Of a DNA stretch of 64,000 bases, positions 20,297 through 30,481 are shown piece after piece. The notes beneath the pieces are model-generated. The model was not told where the DNA came from, searched no databases, and saw only the letters and a program-made list of their open reading frames with translations. Positions within the stretch are counted from its first letter, which is position 1; the number at the start of each line of letters is the position of its first letter. Source of the stretch: an uncultured Planctomycetia bacterium. GTDB taxonomy: Bacteria > Omnitrophota > Gorgyraeia > Tantalellales > Tantalellaceae. Where the stretch lies: contig CAYPCX010000007.1 in NCBI GenBank assembly GCA_964409365.1, positions 18,655-82,654 on the forward strand. The letters run 5' to 3'. The position numbers were made by a program, and so were the translations under genes.

Positions 20297-21035
20297 GACC
20301 GCGCTTGTCGTGGACGCGGCGCCCGGTGTATACGAGAAGGTGTTAAGCCTGCTTGAAGGCGAGACTCCCGGCAGGGCGCTTGACGCCCCGGCGGGTGAAG
20401 GGGCGTTCAGCCTGGAACTGGCCGAACGAGGGTACGAGGTCAAAGCCGCGGACTTGAACCGGGAAAAGTTCAAAGCGGAAGGCATCGCCTGTGACCTGGT
20501 CGACCTGAACAAGACCCTTCCTTATGAAGACGCCTTTTTTGACGCGGTAATATGCATAGAAGGGATAGAGCACCTTGAGAACCCGCACCATCTGGTAAGG
20601 GAGTTCAGGAGGGTCCTTAAAAGCGGAGGCACGTTGATGCTGACGACGCCTAACATATTGAACGTATACTCCAGGTTGAGGTTCCTGCTGTTCGGCTCCG
20701 CCGACAGGCTTCACAGCGAGATGGACTCGTTCAAAGGCAACCTGTACCAGCTCTTGAGGAGGCACATAAACCCGGTGGGGTATCCCGAACTGAAATATAT
20801 CCTCGAGCAGAACGGGTTCGGGGTAGAGAAAATAGCGACCAACGCGAGCGTGGTCTCATACAGGGGAGGCAGGTTCGTCCTGAGGTTGTTCCTGCCCGCG
20901 GTATTCCTGATGCTGGGCGGCCTGGTCAGGCTGGTGGCCGGCAGTTTCAGGAAGAAAGATTCTTTATCGGGGGTATTGTATTCTCCTGAACTGCTTTACG
21001 GGGAAACGTTGATCCTGAAAACGAGGAAAAGGTGA
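20286..21035 (+). CDS. class I SAM-dependent methyltransferase
   Basis: ALDAPAGEGAFS motif I-like, ICIEGIEHLENP, LKSGGTLMLTTPN. Confidence 0.7.
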   Translation: MVDKTALVVDAAPGVYEKVLSLLEGETPGRALDAPAGEGAFSLELAERGYEVKAADLNREKFKAEGIACDLVDLNKTLPYEDAFFDAVICIEGIEHLENPHHLVREFRRVLKSGGTLMLTTPNILNVYSRLRFLLFGSADRLHSEMDSFKGNLYQLLRRHINPVGYPELKYILEQNGFGVEKIATNASVVSYRGGRFVLRLFLPAVFLMLGGLVRLVAGSFRKKDSLSGVLYSPELLYGETLILKTRKR

Positions 21036-21042
21036 TCAAAAG

Positions 21043-21819
21043 ATGAGTACGTTACCGAAGATATCGGTGATCATTGTCGCTAGAAATGAAGAAAAGAACA
21101 TGAAGGAATGTCTTGAGAGCGTGAAATGGGCCGACGAGATCGTCGTCGTCGACGACATGAGCACGGACAGGACTCTCGAGATATGCGAAGGATACCCGAA
21201 CGTAAAGGTCTTTCGCAGGGAGATGGAAGGGCTGGGCCCGCAGAAAAATTTCGCCCTGAGCAAGGCGAGCGGGGAGTGGATACTGTCTCTGGACGCGGAT
21301 GAAAGGGTCACCCCGGAGTTGAGAGAGGAGATACTGCGGAAAGTGCCCGGAAGCGGGAACGACGGGTATTCCCTGAAGCTGAAGCACCTGATCTTCGGCG
21401 CGTGGGTGTTGGACTATACCCCTAAGGCGGTGCGGCTCTTCAGAAAGGGCAAAGGCAGGTTTTCCGGGAAAAAGGTGCATGAATCGGTGGTCCTTGACGG
21501 GAAGGCCGGTGTCCTGGAAGGCCTGATGATACACAGGTCTTCCCACCAGGAGAACATCGCGAATTATATCGAGGTTTACGTTAACAGGTATTCTTCCTAT
21601 ACGGCGGAAGACCTGTACGAGATGGGCAGGAGAGTTACCTTAGGGAACGGCCTCTTCTGTTTTGTGTTGAAACCGTTCTTTATCTTTATCCAGAAGTACT
21701 TTTTCAAGAGAGGTTTTCGCGACGGTTTGCGGGGATTCCTTCTGAGCGTTTTCGCCTCTTTTACTTATTTCGCAAGTTATGCCAAGCTCTGGGAGAAGCA
21801 AAAAAGTGAAAAGCATTGA
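21043..21819 (+). CDS. glycosyltransferase family 2
   Basis: ISVIIVARNEEKNM...IVVVDDMSTDRT and SLDADE (DXD) motifs. Confidence 0.8.
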   Translation: MSTLPKISVIIVARNEEKNMKECLESVKWADEIVVVDDMSTDRTLEICEGYPNVKVFRREMEGLGPQKNFALSKASGEWILSLDADERVTPELREEILRKVPGSGNDGYSLKLKHLIFGAWVLDYTPKAVRLFRKGKGRFSGKKVHESVVLDGKAGVLEGLMIHRSSHQENIANYIEVYVNRYSSYTAEDLYEMGRRVTLGNGLFCFVLKPFFIFIQKYFFKRGFRDGLRGFLLSVFASFTYFASYAKLWEKQKSEKH

Positions 21820-23272
21820 TACGAGGATAAAAATATTCCTGACCGCATGGCTCGTGTACCTGCTTTTCATATACGTGAAGCCCGAATCCATGTCCGCGCA
21901 GCTTTTGGACCTCGCCATGTCCATCGTCGATACGGGGAGCGTATACATGCGTTACGCGACGGATTTTGAGGTTTCGCTCGTCGACGGCCGTTATGTTTCC
22001 GGACAGTTCCCGGGCGCGAGCATAGCGGTGGTACCCTTATATTTCGTTATCAAACCGTTCATGGGAGACGTCGCGGGGGCATCGCGGCTGGTCGTCCTGA
22101 ACGTTTTGTCGACTATCTCTCTGGCCTCCGTCGCGGGGGCGTTAGTGGTGGTCGTGTTCTATTCATTCCTGCGCCGACTCGACGTCAGGGAAAGGGACAG
22201 GCTTACCCTTACGTTCTTCCTTGCTTTCGGGACGATGGTCTTCAATTATTCAACTTCTTTTTATAAGTCCACGTTGGCGCTCTTGTACGTTTTCGCGGCA
22301 TTTTTCCTTCTTTTTCGCGTGCGGCTCGGGGAAAGAGCGGGAAGAGGCGTGTTTTTCTGGACAGGTTTCCTGCTGACGGCGGCCGTGGCGACCAACCCGG
22401 CGTCGTGTTATATCAGCGCGGTTATTTTCGCGTACGGTATCTACGTGGGTGGGATAAAGAAGGTCCCGGCGTTTCTGGCGGGCGCCGTGATCCCCTTGGG
22501 GGCGTTCATGCTGTACCGGTGGACCGTATTCGGATCCTTCTTCACGAGCACGTATTCGCACCGGGCAGGAGATTATCCGAACATGATGACCTATCCGCGG
22601 TGGCAGAACTTTATTCACCTGTTTTTCAGCCTGAGAGAGGGATTTTTTATCTATATGCCGGTGATGATCCTTTCTTTATGGGGCATCGCGGAGGCGTCCG
22701 GGAAAAAGCGATTTATGCCGGAAGTCACGGTTATAGTTTTGATCTTTCTTCTTACGGGTCTTGTGTTTTCGGGATATGTAAGAAAATACGATCCTTTGAT
22801 GGTCGCCAACCCCCACGACCAGAGTATAGTTATCCGCTATATGCTTTCGCTGTGCCCGTTCATGATGATACCTCTGGCGTTCGTAGTAAGCAGGGTGAAC
22901 AGGTATGTGCTGTATTTTCTGGGGGGACTGGGTGTATTCTTTTCATACCTGGGCGCACAGGCCGGTGTTATACCTTATGCCGGGGGGTGGCAGCCTGTTT
23001 ACGCGGTCAAGGTCTTTATAAGCGGTTTCGGCATGCCGACGCTGTTCTCGGACGTTCTGCCCGGGATATCAGGGGTCGAGACATTACATACGTATCTGGC
23101 CCGGCCCGATGTGCACTTGAAAGAGATCCTTTCCGAAGGTAACCGGCAGCTCTTGATGGGGCTGGTAGGGCGCCAGATGGTATTTTTCGTTTTTTTTGTT
23201 GTCGCGGCATTCTGCCTGGCCGTGATCATCAGGGGGCTTTGGAAGAGTGTTCCGGGGGATCAGAAAGTATGA
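21779..23272 (+). CDS. large polytopic membrane protein, putative GT-C-type (ArnT/PMT-like) glycosyltransferase
   Basis: 497 aa, many TM helices, no soluble domain. Start uncertain (ATG 21779 overlaps the upstream gene by 41 nt; GTG 21806 is an alternative). Family call is by context and topology only. Confidence 0.55.
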   Translation: MPSSGRSKKVKSIDTRIKIFLTAWLVYLLFIYVKPESMSAQLLDLAMSIVDTGSVYMRYATDFEVSLVDGRYVSGQFPGASIAVVPLYFVIKPFMGDVAGASRLVVLNVLSTISLASVAGALVVVVFYSFLRRLDVRERDRLTLTFFLAFGTMVFNYSTSFYKSTLALLYVFAAFFLLFRVRLGERAGRGVFFWTGFLLTAAVATNPASCYISAVIFAYGIYVGGIKKVPAFLAGAVIPLGAFMLYRWTVFGSFFTSTYSHRAGDYPNMMTYPRWQNFIHLFFSLREGFFIYMPVMILSLWGIAEASGKKRFMPEVTVIVLIFLLTGLVFSGYVRKYDPLMVANPHDQSIVIRYMLSLCPFMMIPLAFVVSRVNRYVLYFLGGLGVFFSYLGAQAGVIPYAGGWQPVYAVKVFISGFGMPTLFSDVLPGISGVETLHTYLARPDVHLKEILSEGNRQLLMGLVGRQMVFFVFFVVAAFCLAVIIRGLWKSVPGDQKV

Positions 23273-24747
23273 TCGCGCACACGGTAAAGTTCATACAGGA
23301 AAAGAGATGGCAGCTGTTCTTTTTGCTGGCGCTTTGCGTCCTGGTGTACTGGAAAGGGCTTCATTATTATTTTGTTGACGATGACTGGGGGTGGCTCAAG
23401 TTCTCGTCGATCACGGACAACTGTTTTAAATATTTCAACCCGTTCTACAAGCCCCTCTTGGCGCGGACTAAATTCTTCAGGCCCGTGCCGTTGATGTTCG
23501 TCTGCGGCATTTATCACGCGTACAAGATGAACCCGTTCCCGTACCACCTCTTTATGCTGGTCTTCCACCTGTTCAATGTCGCCCTATTGTATAATTTCGT
23601 CCACATGATATCAAAGCATAAGACGTACGCTTTTGTAGCCAGCCTTATATTCGCGTTCCATTTCGAGAATTTCATGGGAGTGTTATGGCTGGGGAATGTA
23701 CATTCGATGCTGAACGTCTTTTTCATATTTTTGGCGCTTACAGCGTGGTACCGGTTCCTGGGATCCGGGAATAAACTGTTCTACGGGGGCGCCCTGGCAT
23801 CGTTCACGCTGGCTATATTTTCCAAGGAACTGTCCATTTATTTTCTCAGCGTGATCATGTTCTCCGTGGACCTGATATTTGCCCGGAAGATACGGCCGGG
23901 GACGTTCCGCGAGCTCCTCTCTTGGAGGTTCTGGAGGAAATACGCCCCCTTCGGCCTGGCTATAGTTTTCTATCTGGTGAATTACGCGATCTACAGGTAC
24001 CCCTTTACGTATTCATACGGGTACGGGTTCCATTTTAACGGGATAGACCAGGTGGCCATAATATTGAGGATGCTCCAGCTGATGCTGATAGGCACGTATT
24101 CCCCGACACTGCTGAAAGCCTTTATTGGCGCGGCTTTTGCGGTATTCCTCGTATTCGCGCTGTTCATGGACCGTGATCTTAATAGGACAAAGGACCGGCT
24201 TATCTGGCTCGGCGGTATATGGCTGATAGCCCCAACGCTTTTGATATCTGTTTATTCCAAAGAGAGGCTGCATTACTGTTATCTCATGTCGATAGGGCTG
24301 GGTCTTGTCGCCTCGGGCCTTGTGTCGCAGGTCTTCCTGAAAAAAAAGGGTCTCTTGCGGGTGTTAGCGGCTGTCCTGCTGGGCGTTCTGGTGTTATATT
24401 GGGCGATTGACATGAACCACAGTGCCGCGCAACGGATCAGCGGCGAATGGTACAGGAGCCTGATAGCACAAGTGCACTCTTATCTTCCCGATGTGTCCGA
24501 AGACGAAAAGATGATGTTCGTGCCGGAAAAAAGAGGAGCCCGGTTCACTTACGCCAGGCTGACAGGTGTTGTATACCCGCTTGAGGTCAGTTACGGGAAG
24601 GAACTGGATATCGAGATCTGTTTCAGGGAAGAACTGGACAAGGATCCCGGAAGGATGGAAGGGTTCACCGTCTTTAAAGTCGACAGCGACATAAAGAGAG
24701 AATATATCAAGATAGAGCCGTATCGAAGGATAAAGGATAAAGGATAA
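23269..24747 (+). CDS. second large polytopic membrane protein, putative GT-C-type glycosyltransferase
   Basis: ATG 23269 overlaps the preceding stop (ATGA). About 13 TM helices. Periplasmic-loop motif YYFVDDDWGW near the N-terminus as in ArnT/PMT-type enzymes. C-terminal soluble domain. Confidence 0.55.
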   Translation: MIAHTVKFIQEKRWQLFFLLALCVLVYWKGLHYYFVDDDWGWLKFSSITDNCFKYFNPFYKPLLARTKFFRPVPLMFVCGIYHAYKMNPFPYHLFMLVFHLFNVALLYNFVHMISKHKTYAFVASLIFAFHFENFMGVLWLGNVHSMLNVFFIFLALTAWYRFLGSGNKLFYGGALASFTLAIFSKELSIYFLSVIMFSVDLIFARKIRPGTFRELLSWRFWRKYAPFGLAIVFYLVNYAIYRYPFTYSYGYGFHFNGIDQVAIILRMLQLMLIGTYSPTLLKAFIGAAFAVFLVFALFMDRDLNRTKDRLIWLGGIWLIAPTLLISVYSKERLHYCYLMSIGLGLVASGLVSQVFLKKKGLLRVLAAVLLGVLVLYWAIDMNHSAAQRISGEWYRSLIAQVHSYLPDVSEDEKMMFVPEKRGARFTYARLTGVVYPLEVSYGKELDIEICFREELDKDPGRMEGFTVFKVDSDIKREYIKIEPYRRIKDKG

Positions 24748-24752
24748 AGGTT

Positions 24753-25448
24753 ATGGGGGCGGAGCCGGAAAAAATAAGCATAGTCATACCCGTTTTCAAC
24801 GAAGGCGTTCATATCGAAAAGTTCCTGGGGGACCTTTTCCGGTCGTTCGCGGAAAAAGAAAGACCTGAGGTCATCGTCGTGGACGACGGGTCCACCGACG
24901 ATACTCCGGAGCGCCTTGAAAAGTACGGCATGGAAACGATCCGTCATGAAAGAAGAAGCGGTTACGGCGCTTCCCTGAAAAGCGGCATTCGCCGCGCCAC
25001 AGGTGAATATATATGCATAATCGACGCCGACAACACCTATTCGGCAGACGACATATTGCCGATCTCTTCCGAAGTGGCCGGTTATGATATGGTCGTGGGC
25101 GACAGGCAAGACGATGACGAGAGGCCGAAAGACCACCTCCTCGCGAAAAAGTCGGTGGAGAAGATACTTTCGAACATCTCCGGGGTCCGGGTCGAGGACC
25201 TGAATTCGGGCCTGAGGATAATGCGAAAAGATATACTGGTGAAATATCTCGACTCTCTGCCGAATGGTTTTTCGTTCACTTCGTCACTGACGCTCATAAT
25301 GCTCCTGAAGAAGTACAGGATAAAATATATTCCCATCCGGTACGAAAGGCGTGAAAAGGGTACGAAGGTCAGGAGGGTAATGTTCGTGGCGGCTTTTGTG
25401 TCGGGATATTTAAAGATACTCTGCCGTTATTTTACCGGCAGGCTTTAA
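24753..25448 (+). CDS. polyprenyl-phosphate glycosyltransferase (GT2, DPM1/ArnC-like)
   Basis: ISIVIPVFNEG...VIVVDDGSTDDT, IIDADNTY (DXD). C-terminal TM tail typical of ArnC-like enzymes. Confidence 0.8.
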   Translation: MGAEPEKISIVIPVFNEGVHIEKFLGDLFRSFAEKERPEVIVVDDGSTDDTPERLEKYGMETIRHERRSGYGASLKSGIRRATGEYICIIDADNTYSADDILPISSEVAGYDMVVGDRQDDDERPKDHLLAKKSVEKILSNISGVRVEDLNSGLRIMRKDILVKYLDSLPNGFSFTSSLTLIMLLKKYRIKYIPIRYERREKGTKVRRVMFVAAFVSGYLKILCRYFTGRL

Positions 25449-25465
25449 GAGAGGAGAAACAGGAT

Positions 25466-25759
25466 ATGATCTTTTTTTACGGCATCCAGATCAATATATG
25501 GCTGGTCATCGGCTTTTTAGGGCAGAGCTGCTTCTTCCTGAGATTCCTTATCCAGTGGATAGTCTCGGAGAAAAGAAAAAAGTCGACCATACCCGTTGTT
25601 TTCTGGTATCTTAGTTTTGCGGGCGCGTTCTCCGTGCTCGTTTACGCGATATACCGGAAAGACCCGGTGTTTATAGTAGGGCAGAGCATGGGGTTGATGG
25701 TCTACAGCAGGAACCTGTGGTTCATATATTCCAGGAAAAGAGCGGCGGTAGGGGGATAA
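25466..25759 (+). CDS. small membrane protein, lipid-A-biosynthesis N-terminal-domain (LAB_N) family
   Basis: 97 aa. GQSCFFLRFLIQWIVSEKRKKSTIPVVFWYLSFAGA...GQSMGLMVYSRNL matches the LAB_N pattern that pairs with ArnC-like GT2 enzymes. Confidence 0.65.
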   Translation: MIFFYGIQINIWLVIGFLGQSCFFLRFLIQWIVSEKRKKSTIPVVFWYLSFAGAFSVLVYAIYRKDPVFIVGQSMGLMVYSRNLWFIYSRKRAAVGG

Positions 25760-25771
25760 CGGGGGAGACCG

Positions 25772-26905
25772 ATGAGGGTTTTGTATATTGCGAACAGGGC
25801 GGAGATCTTAAGCGGCGGGCAGATCAGCCTGCTCGAGTTCCTGGCGGGGATCGACAAAAGCAGGTTCGATCCGGTCGTCCTGTGCCCGGGAAAGGGGAGT
25901 CTCGCCGAGGGTTTAAGCGCTCTCGGTATCCCCGTGCGTTCTTGGGACATGCCCACCGTGAAGACGTTCAACATGAGCAGGATCCCGAAAAAGATCAGGG
26001 AACTGAGATCCATAATAAAGGAGACAGAGGCTTCGATAGTACATACCAACGGCAGCAGGGCCCAGTTCTATTCGTCGTTCGCGGTAAGGGGCACCGGTTG
26101 CGGCCTGGTGTGGAACGTGAGGGAATCGCTCCGGGATATCCCTTATTATGACCGGTTGTTGGCCGGCCCTTGCGACAGGATTATATGCGTTTCCAGGGCC
26201 GTAAGGGACAGGCGTTTCGGACGGTTCGCCTCGTCGGACCCGAAAATACAGGTGATATATAACGGGGTGGATACGCGCAAATTCGCCAAAGACCCCGAAG
26301 CGGGCCGGCGCGTGCGGGACGAATTAGGGATCGGTAAAGATAAAGTGCTTTTAGGTACTATCGGGATGATAATACCCCGCAAAGGACATGAATTTCTTTT
26401 CAGGTCGTTGAAGCAGGCCCTGAAAACAAATCCGGACCTGGTCCTCCTGGTCGCGGGGAAAACGCTGGAAGGGCCTTATACCTGCCGGTTCAAAGAGATG
26501 ATATACGAGCTGAAGCTGGAGAACAACGTGATGTTCACCGACTCGCGCGAGGATATAAAGGATATCCTGTCGGCCCTTGATGTTTTCATATTGTCATCCA
26601 AAAGCGAAGGGTTCAGCAGGGTGCTGCTGGAAGCCATGGCCTGTTCGCTGCCTATAATCGCCACGGATGTCGAAGGGAATAACGAGGCGATCGAGGACGG
26701 GGTATCCGGCCGGCTTGTGCCGTATGGCGACATAGACAGCATGGTCCTGGCGATAGAGGGTTTTATGGTGAACCGTCAGAACGCCGAAAACCTGGGGAAG
26801 AACGCCAAAAAAAGGGCGGGGGAATTTTTCAGTATCGACAGCCACGTATCCCAGGTGCAGGACCTGTACGGGGAAATAGTAAAAAGCAGAAAGCCGGGAG
26901 TTTGA
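25772..26905 (+). CDS. glycosyltransferase family 4
   Basis: SEGFSRVLLEAMACSLPIIATDVEGNNEAIEDGVSGRLV GT4 signature. Confidence 0.8.
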   Translation: MRVLYIANRAEILSGGQISLLEFLAGIDKSRFDPVVLCPGKGSLAEGLSALGIPVRSWDMPTVKTFNMSRIPKKIRELRSIIKETEASIVHTNGSRAQFYSSFAVRGTGCGLVWNVRESLRDIPYYDRLLAGPCDRIICVSRAVRDRRFGRFASSDPKIQVIYNGVDTRKFAKDPEAGRRVRDELGIGKDKVLLGTIGMIIPRKGHEFLFRSLKQALKTNPDLVLLVAGKTLEGPYTCRFKEMIYELKLENNVMFTDSREDIKDILSALDVFILSSKSEGFSRVLLEAMACSLPIIATDVEGNNEAIEDGVSGRLVPYGDIDSMVLAIEGFMVNRQNAENLGKNAKKRAGEFFSIDSHVSQVQDLYGEIVKSRKPGV

Positions 26906-29157
26906 TGAAGATCGGCATTGACGTCAGAGAGTTCAAGAAGGATACGTATACCGGGATAAGGAGTATACTCGGCAACGTTATGGGCCGTTCGGCGAAGATG
27001 GGAGGCAACGAATTCGTTTACTTCTGCGACCGGGACACCGATCTTCCGGCCCTTCCCGAAGAAGGTAAGAAGGTGGTCATCGCAGGGGATAATACCTTTT
27101 TCTGGGATCAGTCGCGCCTTCCGCTGGCGCTTTCAAGGGAAAAAGTGGACCTGTTCTTCTCGCCTTACATCAAGACGCCCCTGTGGAGGGTGTGCCCGTA
27201 CGTGAGCACTATATGCGACGTTATCCCGCTCGAGGTCCCCAAGCGCAAAGGGTTGGGCGCACTTTTGGAAAAAGCTTACTTTTACGCGTATTCTTTCCTG
27301 TGCGGCCGGCGGGCGGTAAAGGTGATAACGCTTTCGGAGAACTCCCGGGAAAGGATATCGGATACATTCGGTATAGGAAAAGAGAAGATAGAGGTCGTCT
27401 ACCCCTCGGTAGAGGCGCGCGCCGGACAGGCGGAGCCGGATGACAAGGCGAAGGAGCTTATCGACAGGTATAGTTTGGAGAGGCCTTTCTTACTGTATGT
27501 AGGTAATTTTAAACCGCATAAGAACCTGCGTAATCTTATTGCCGCTTACGATCTTTTGCCGGGAGGAGTGCAAGACCGGTACCGCCTCATGCTTGTGGGA
27601 GGTTCCGAAAAGGAGATGGAGGGGATAGAAGCGGTTATAAAAGAACACGGACTTTCGGGAAAGGTTACGCCCGTTGTCAACATCGGCCATGACGATGTCC
27701 GGGTATTTTACAGGCACGCTTCGGCCTTTGTCTTTCCTTCTCTGGCGGAGGGGTTCGGTATTCCCCCGGTAGAGGCGATGGCTTACGGGGTGCCGGTGGC
27801 GTCTTCGCGCCTGGCGCCCATGACCGAAGTGCTGGGTGAGGCGGCGCTTTTTTTTGATCCGCGTGACCCCGGGGACATCTCCGCCAAAGTGTCCAGGCTG
27901 CTCACGGAAGAGGGCTTGCGGAAAGAATACGCCGCACGGGGACGGGAGCGCGCTTTGTTGTTCGATCCCGACAGGATCTCGCGAAAGATGATGGATGTCC
28001 TGGAAAACGCCGGCCTGGAGAAGACCCTTTGCGTGAGCAGCGAATTCCCGCCGGTCAGGGGAGGTATAAGCACGTTTTTGTTCAATCTTTGGAACAGGCT
28101 GCCGAAAAGGGATATTGTCATCTTGACCGCGCGCCCGGCCGGGGAAGATATTTATCCGGATGAGGGAATGGATATCGTTAGGGAGGCGTATCCCCTGGGG
28201 AAGGGTATCTTCTCAAGGGCTGTACGGTCGATACTGCTGGTGTGGCATGTTTTGCGCCAGTGCCGGGCAAGGAATATCCGGCGCGTTCATTGCGCGCAAG
28301 TCCTTTCTGCGGGATCGGCGGGACTCCTCCTGAAATGGCTCAAAGGCACGCCGTACGTGGTTTACGCGTATTCGGCGGACATCCTCGAGTTCAGCAGAGG
28401 TTTTTTTACGGATTGGATGATGAGAAAGATATTTGCCGGCAGCGAGCGTGTCATAGCGAGCAGTATTTTTGCGAAGTCGCTTATTGTCGGGCATAAACTG
28501 GCCGGTGAAGACAAGATAAGCGTTATCGCCCCGGGGGTGGATACCGCAGAATACGATCCCGGCAAGGGGGCCGGCCGGATCAGGGAGACATACGGTATAC
28601 CGGCTGAAAGCAAAATGCTTCTTACGGTAGCGCGTCTGGCGGTCCGCAAAGGCCATGATAAGGTCATAGAAGCTTTGCCGGCCGTGGTAGAAGCTTATCC
28701 GGATGTCGTTTACGTCATAGTCGGGGAAGGCGGGACCGGGCCCGGACTTGCTGAGCGGGTAAGGGAAAAGGGGCTCGAGAAGAACGTGATATTTACCGGT
28801 GAAGTATCCGCGGAGCAGCTGGTATTCTTCTATAACGCGTGTGACATATTTATCCTTACCCCGCGCTATATAAAGGAAGAGGGTGACGTCGAGGGATTTG
28901 GTATAGTGTTCATAGAAGCGGGGGCGTGCGGCAAACCCGTAATAGCCGGCAGGAGCGGTGGAGTGTCTGAAGCGGTTGTTGACGGGGTGACCGGTATCCT
29001 CGTGGACCCGGAAAATACGGATCGGATCAGGGATGCCATGCTGACCTTGCTCGGGGACGCAAGTTTAGCTCGAAAAATGGGCACGAACGGGCTTACCAGG
29101 GCCCGGGAAGAATTCGGATGGAAGAACCGGGCGCGGGAACTGGAAAAATACATATAA
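26902..29157 (+). CDS. tandem double-GT4 glycosyltransferase (two GT-B modules fused)
   Basis: 751 aa. First module ends near FPSLAEGFGIPPVEAMAYGVPV...LAPMTEV. Second module has ILTPRYIKEEGDVEGFGIVFIEAGACGKPVIAGRSGGVSEAVVDGVTG. Confidence 0.75.
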   Translation: MMKIGIDVREFKKDTYTGIRSILGNVMGRSAKMGGNEFVYFCDRDTDLPALPEEGKKVVIAGDNTFFWDQSRLPLALSREKVDLFFSPYIKTPLWRVCPYVSTICDVIPLEVPKRKGLGALLEKAYFYAYSFLCGRRAVKVITLSENSRERISDTFGIGKEKIEVVYPSVEARAGQAEPDDKAKELIDRYSLERPFLLYVGNFKPHKNLRNLIAAYDLLPGGVQDRYRLMLVGGSEKEMEGIEAVIKEHGLSGKVTPVVNIGHDDVRVFYRHASAFVFPSLAEGFGIPPVEAMAYGVPVASSRLAPMTEVLGEAALFFDPRDPGDISAKVSRLLTEEGLRKEYAARGRERALLFDPDRISRKMMDVLENAGLEKTLCVSSEFPPVRGGISTFLFNLWNRLPKRDIVILTARPAGEDIYPDEGMDIVREAYPLGKGIFSRAVRSILLVWHVLRQCRARNIRRVHCAQVLSAGSAGLLLKWLKGTPYVVYAYSADILEFSRGFFTDWMMRKIFAGSERVIASSIFAKSLIVGHKLAGEDKISVIAPGVDTAEYDPGKGAGRIRETYGIPAESKMLLTVARLAVRKGHDKVIEALPAVVEAYPDVVYVIVGEGGTGPGLAERVREKGLEKNVIFTGEVSAEQLVFFYNACDIFILTPRYIKEEGDVEGFGIVFIEAGACGKPVIAGRSGGVSEAVVDGVTGILVDPENTDRIRDAMLTLLGDASLARKMGTNGLTRAREEFGWKNRARELEKYI

Positions 29158-29163
29158 AGGGCC

Positions 29164-30324
29164 ATGAAGCGGTATAAGATCTTACATGCGATAACGCGTT
29201 TAGATAAGGGCGGTTCCTCCGTGAACACGCTGCTCAGCGCTATCGGCCTCGCGGAAAAGGGATATGAAGTGGATCTTTTATCCGGCCGGACGATGGAACC
29301 GGATAATGATCTTATCGAACGGGCCGGGAGTTCGGGGGTGCGTTTTATTTACGAGGAACGCCTGGTCAGGGATATACATCCCGTAAAGGATATCACCGCG
29401 TTTTTCAGGGTGCTGGGCTTTCTGCGCAGGAACCGGTACGATATCGTGCACGCCCATTCGTCGAAAGCGGGGCTCATCTGCCGGATGGCCGCGAAATGCG
29501 CGGGAGTAAAAAATACAGTGTACACCCCCCATGGCCACGTGTTCTACGGGTATTTCGGCAGGGAACTTTCCCGGATGGTGGTCTTCGCCGAGGCGCTGCT
29601 GGCCCATATAACGGACAGGACGATCGGGCTTACTCCCGCCGAGTGTGACGAGTGGCTCCGTTTCGGGATAGGAAAAAAAGATATGTACGAAGCCATACCC
29701 AGCGGTATAGAGTTCGACCGGCTGGAACTCGAGGCGGAGAAAGGGAAAGACTGGAGGAAGGAGCTCGGGATCCCCCGGGAAGCCCCGTTTATCGGGTCCA
29801 CAGGCAGGTTCGCCGAGGTGAAAGGCTATAAATATTTTATAAGAGCGGCCGCGGAACAGGTAAAAAAACACCCGGATACACATTTTCTGCTGGCAGGCGA
29901 CGGGCCCCTCCGCGGTGAATTCGAAAAGATTATCAAAACCAGCGGGATCGAAAAGAATTTCCACATCATAGATTGGCAGGAGAACGCGGGGTCTGTTATA
30001 AAAGCGTTCGATGTTTTCGTGCTTTCCTCTCTTAACGAAGGGATGGGGAGGGCCCTGATAGAGGCGATGTTCCTCTGTAAGCCCGTTATAGCCACGCGTG
30101 TGGGAGGTGTGCCTTCGGTGGTATCGAAGGATACGGGGGCGCTTGTTGAGCCCGCCTCGTCTCAGGCCCTGGCGGCGGCCATGGACAGGCTGCTTAGTGA
30201 CCGGGGTAAACTGGAGGAGATGGGAAGGAAAGCCAGAGAGAGGGCGCTTGCCGGTTATTCGGCGGGCGAGATGGTGAACAGGCTTGACAAACTGTACAGG
30301 GAACTGTTAGAAAATAATAAGTAA
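29164..30324 (+). CDS. glycosyltransferase family 4
   Basis: SSLNEGMGRALIEAMFLCKPVIATRVGGVPSVV GT4 signature. Confidence 0.8.
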   Translation: MKRYKILHAITRLDKGGSSVNTLLSAIGLAEKGYEVDLLSGRTMEPDNDLIERAGSSGVRFIYEERLVRDIHPVKDITAFFRVLGFLRRNRYDIVHAHSSKAGLICRMAAKCAGVKNTVYTPHGHVFYGYFGRELSRMVVFAEALLAHITDRTIGLTPAECDEWLRFGIGKKDMYEAIPSGIEFDRLELEAEKGKDWRKELGIPREAPFIGSTGRFAEVKGYKYFIRAAAEQVKKHPDTHFLLAGDGPLRGEFEKIIKTSGIEKNFHIIDWQENAGSVIKAFDVFVLSSLNEGMGRALIEAMFLCKPVIATRVGGVPSVVSKDTGALVEPASSQALAAAMDRLLSDRGKLEEMGRKARERALAGYSAGEMVNRLDKLYRELLENNK

Positions 30325-30467
30325 CAAGGACAAAGGATAAAGGAAAAAGTAACAAGTAAGCAGGGTATAGGTGGATATTCGATGTGCTATATACGATATG
30401 CGAAATACGATATACTGGTTGCAAAACAAAAACCCTTAATTCTTAATACTTGATACTTTTTACTCGA
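30321..30467. repeat. 147-bp (21 x 7) heptamer-periodic degenerate array filling the intergenic spacer
   Basis: Read in register: gtaacaa ggacaaa ggataaa ggaaaaa gtaacaa gtaagca ... cccttaa ttcttaa tacttga tactttt tactcga. Contains the 17-mer aaggataaaggaaaaag, also present at 975-991. Confidence 0.8.
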
Positions 30468-30481
30468 AACGGATCGTTTAC

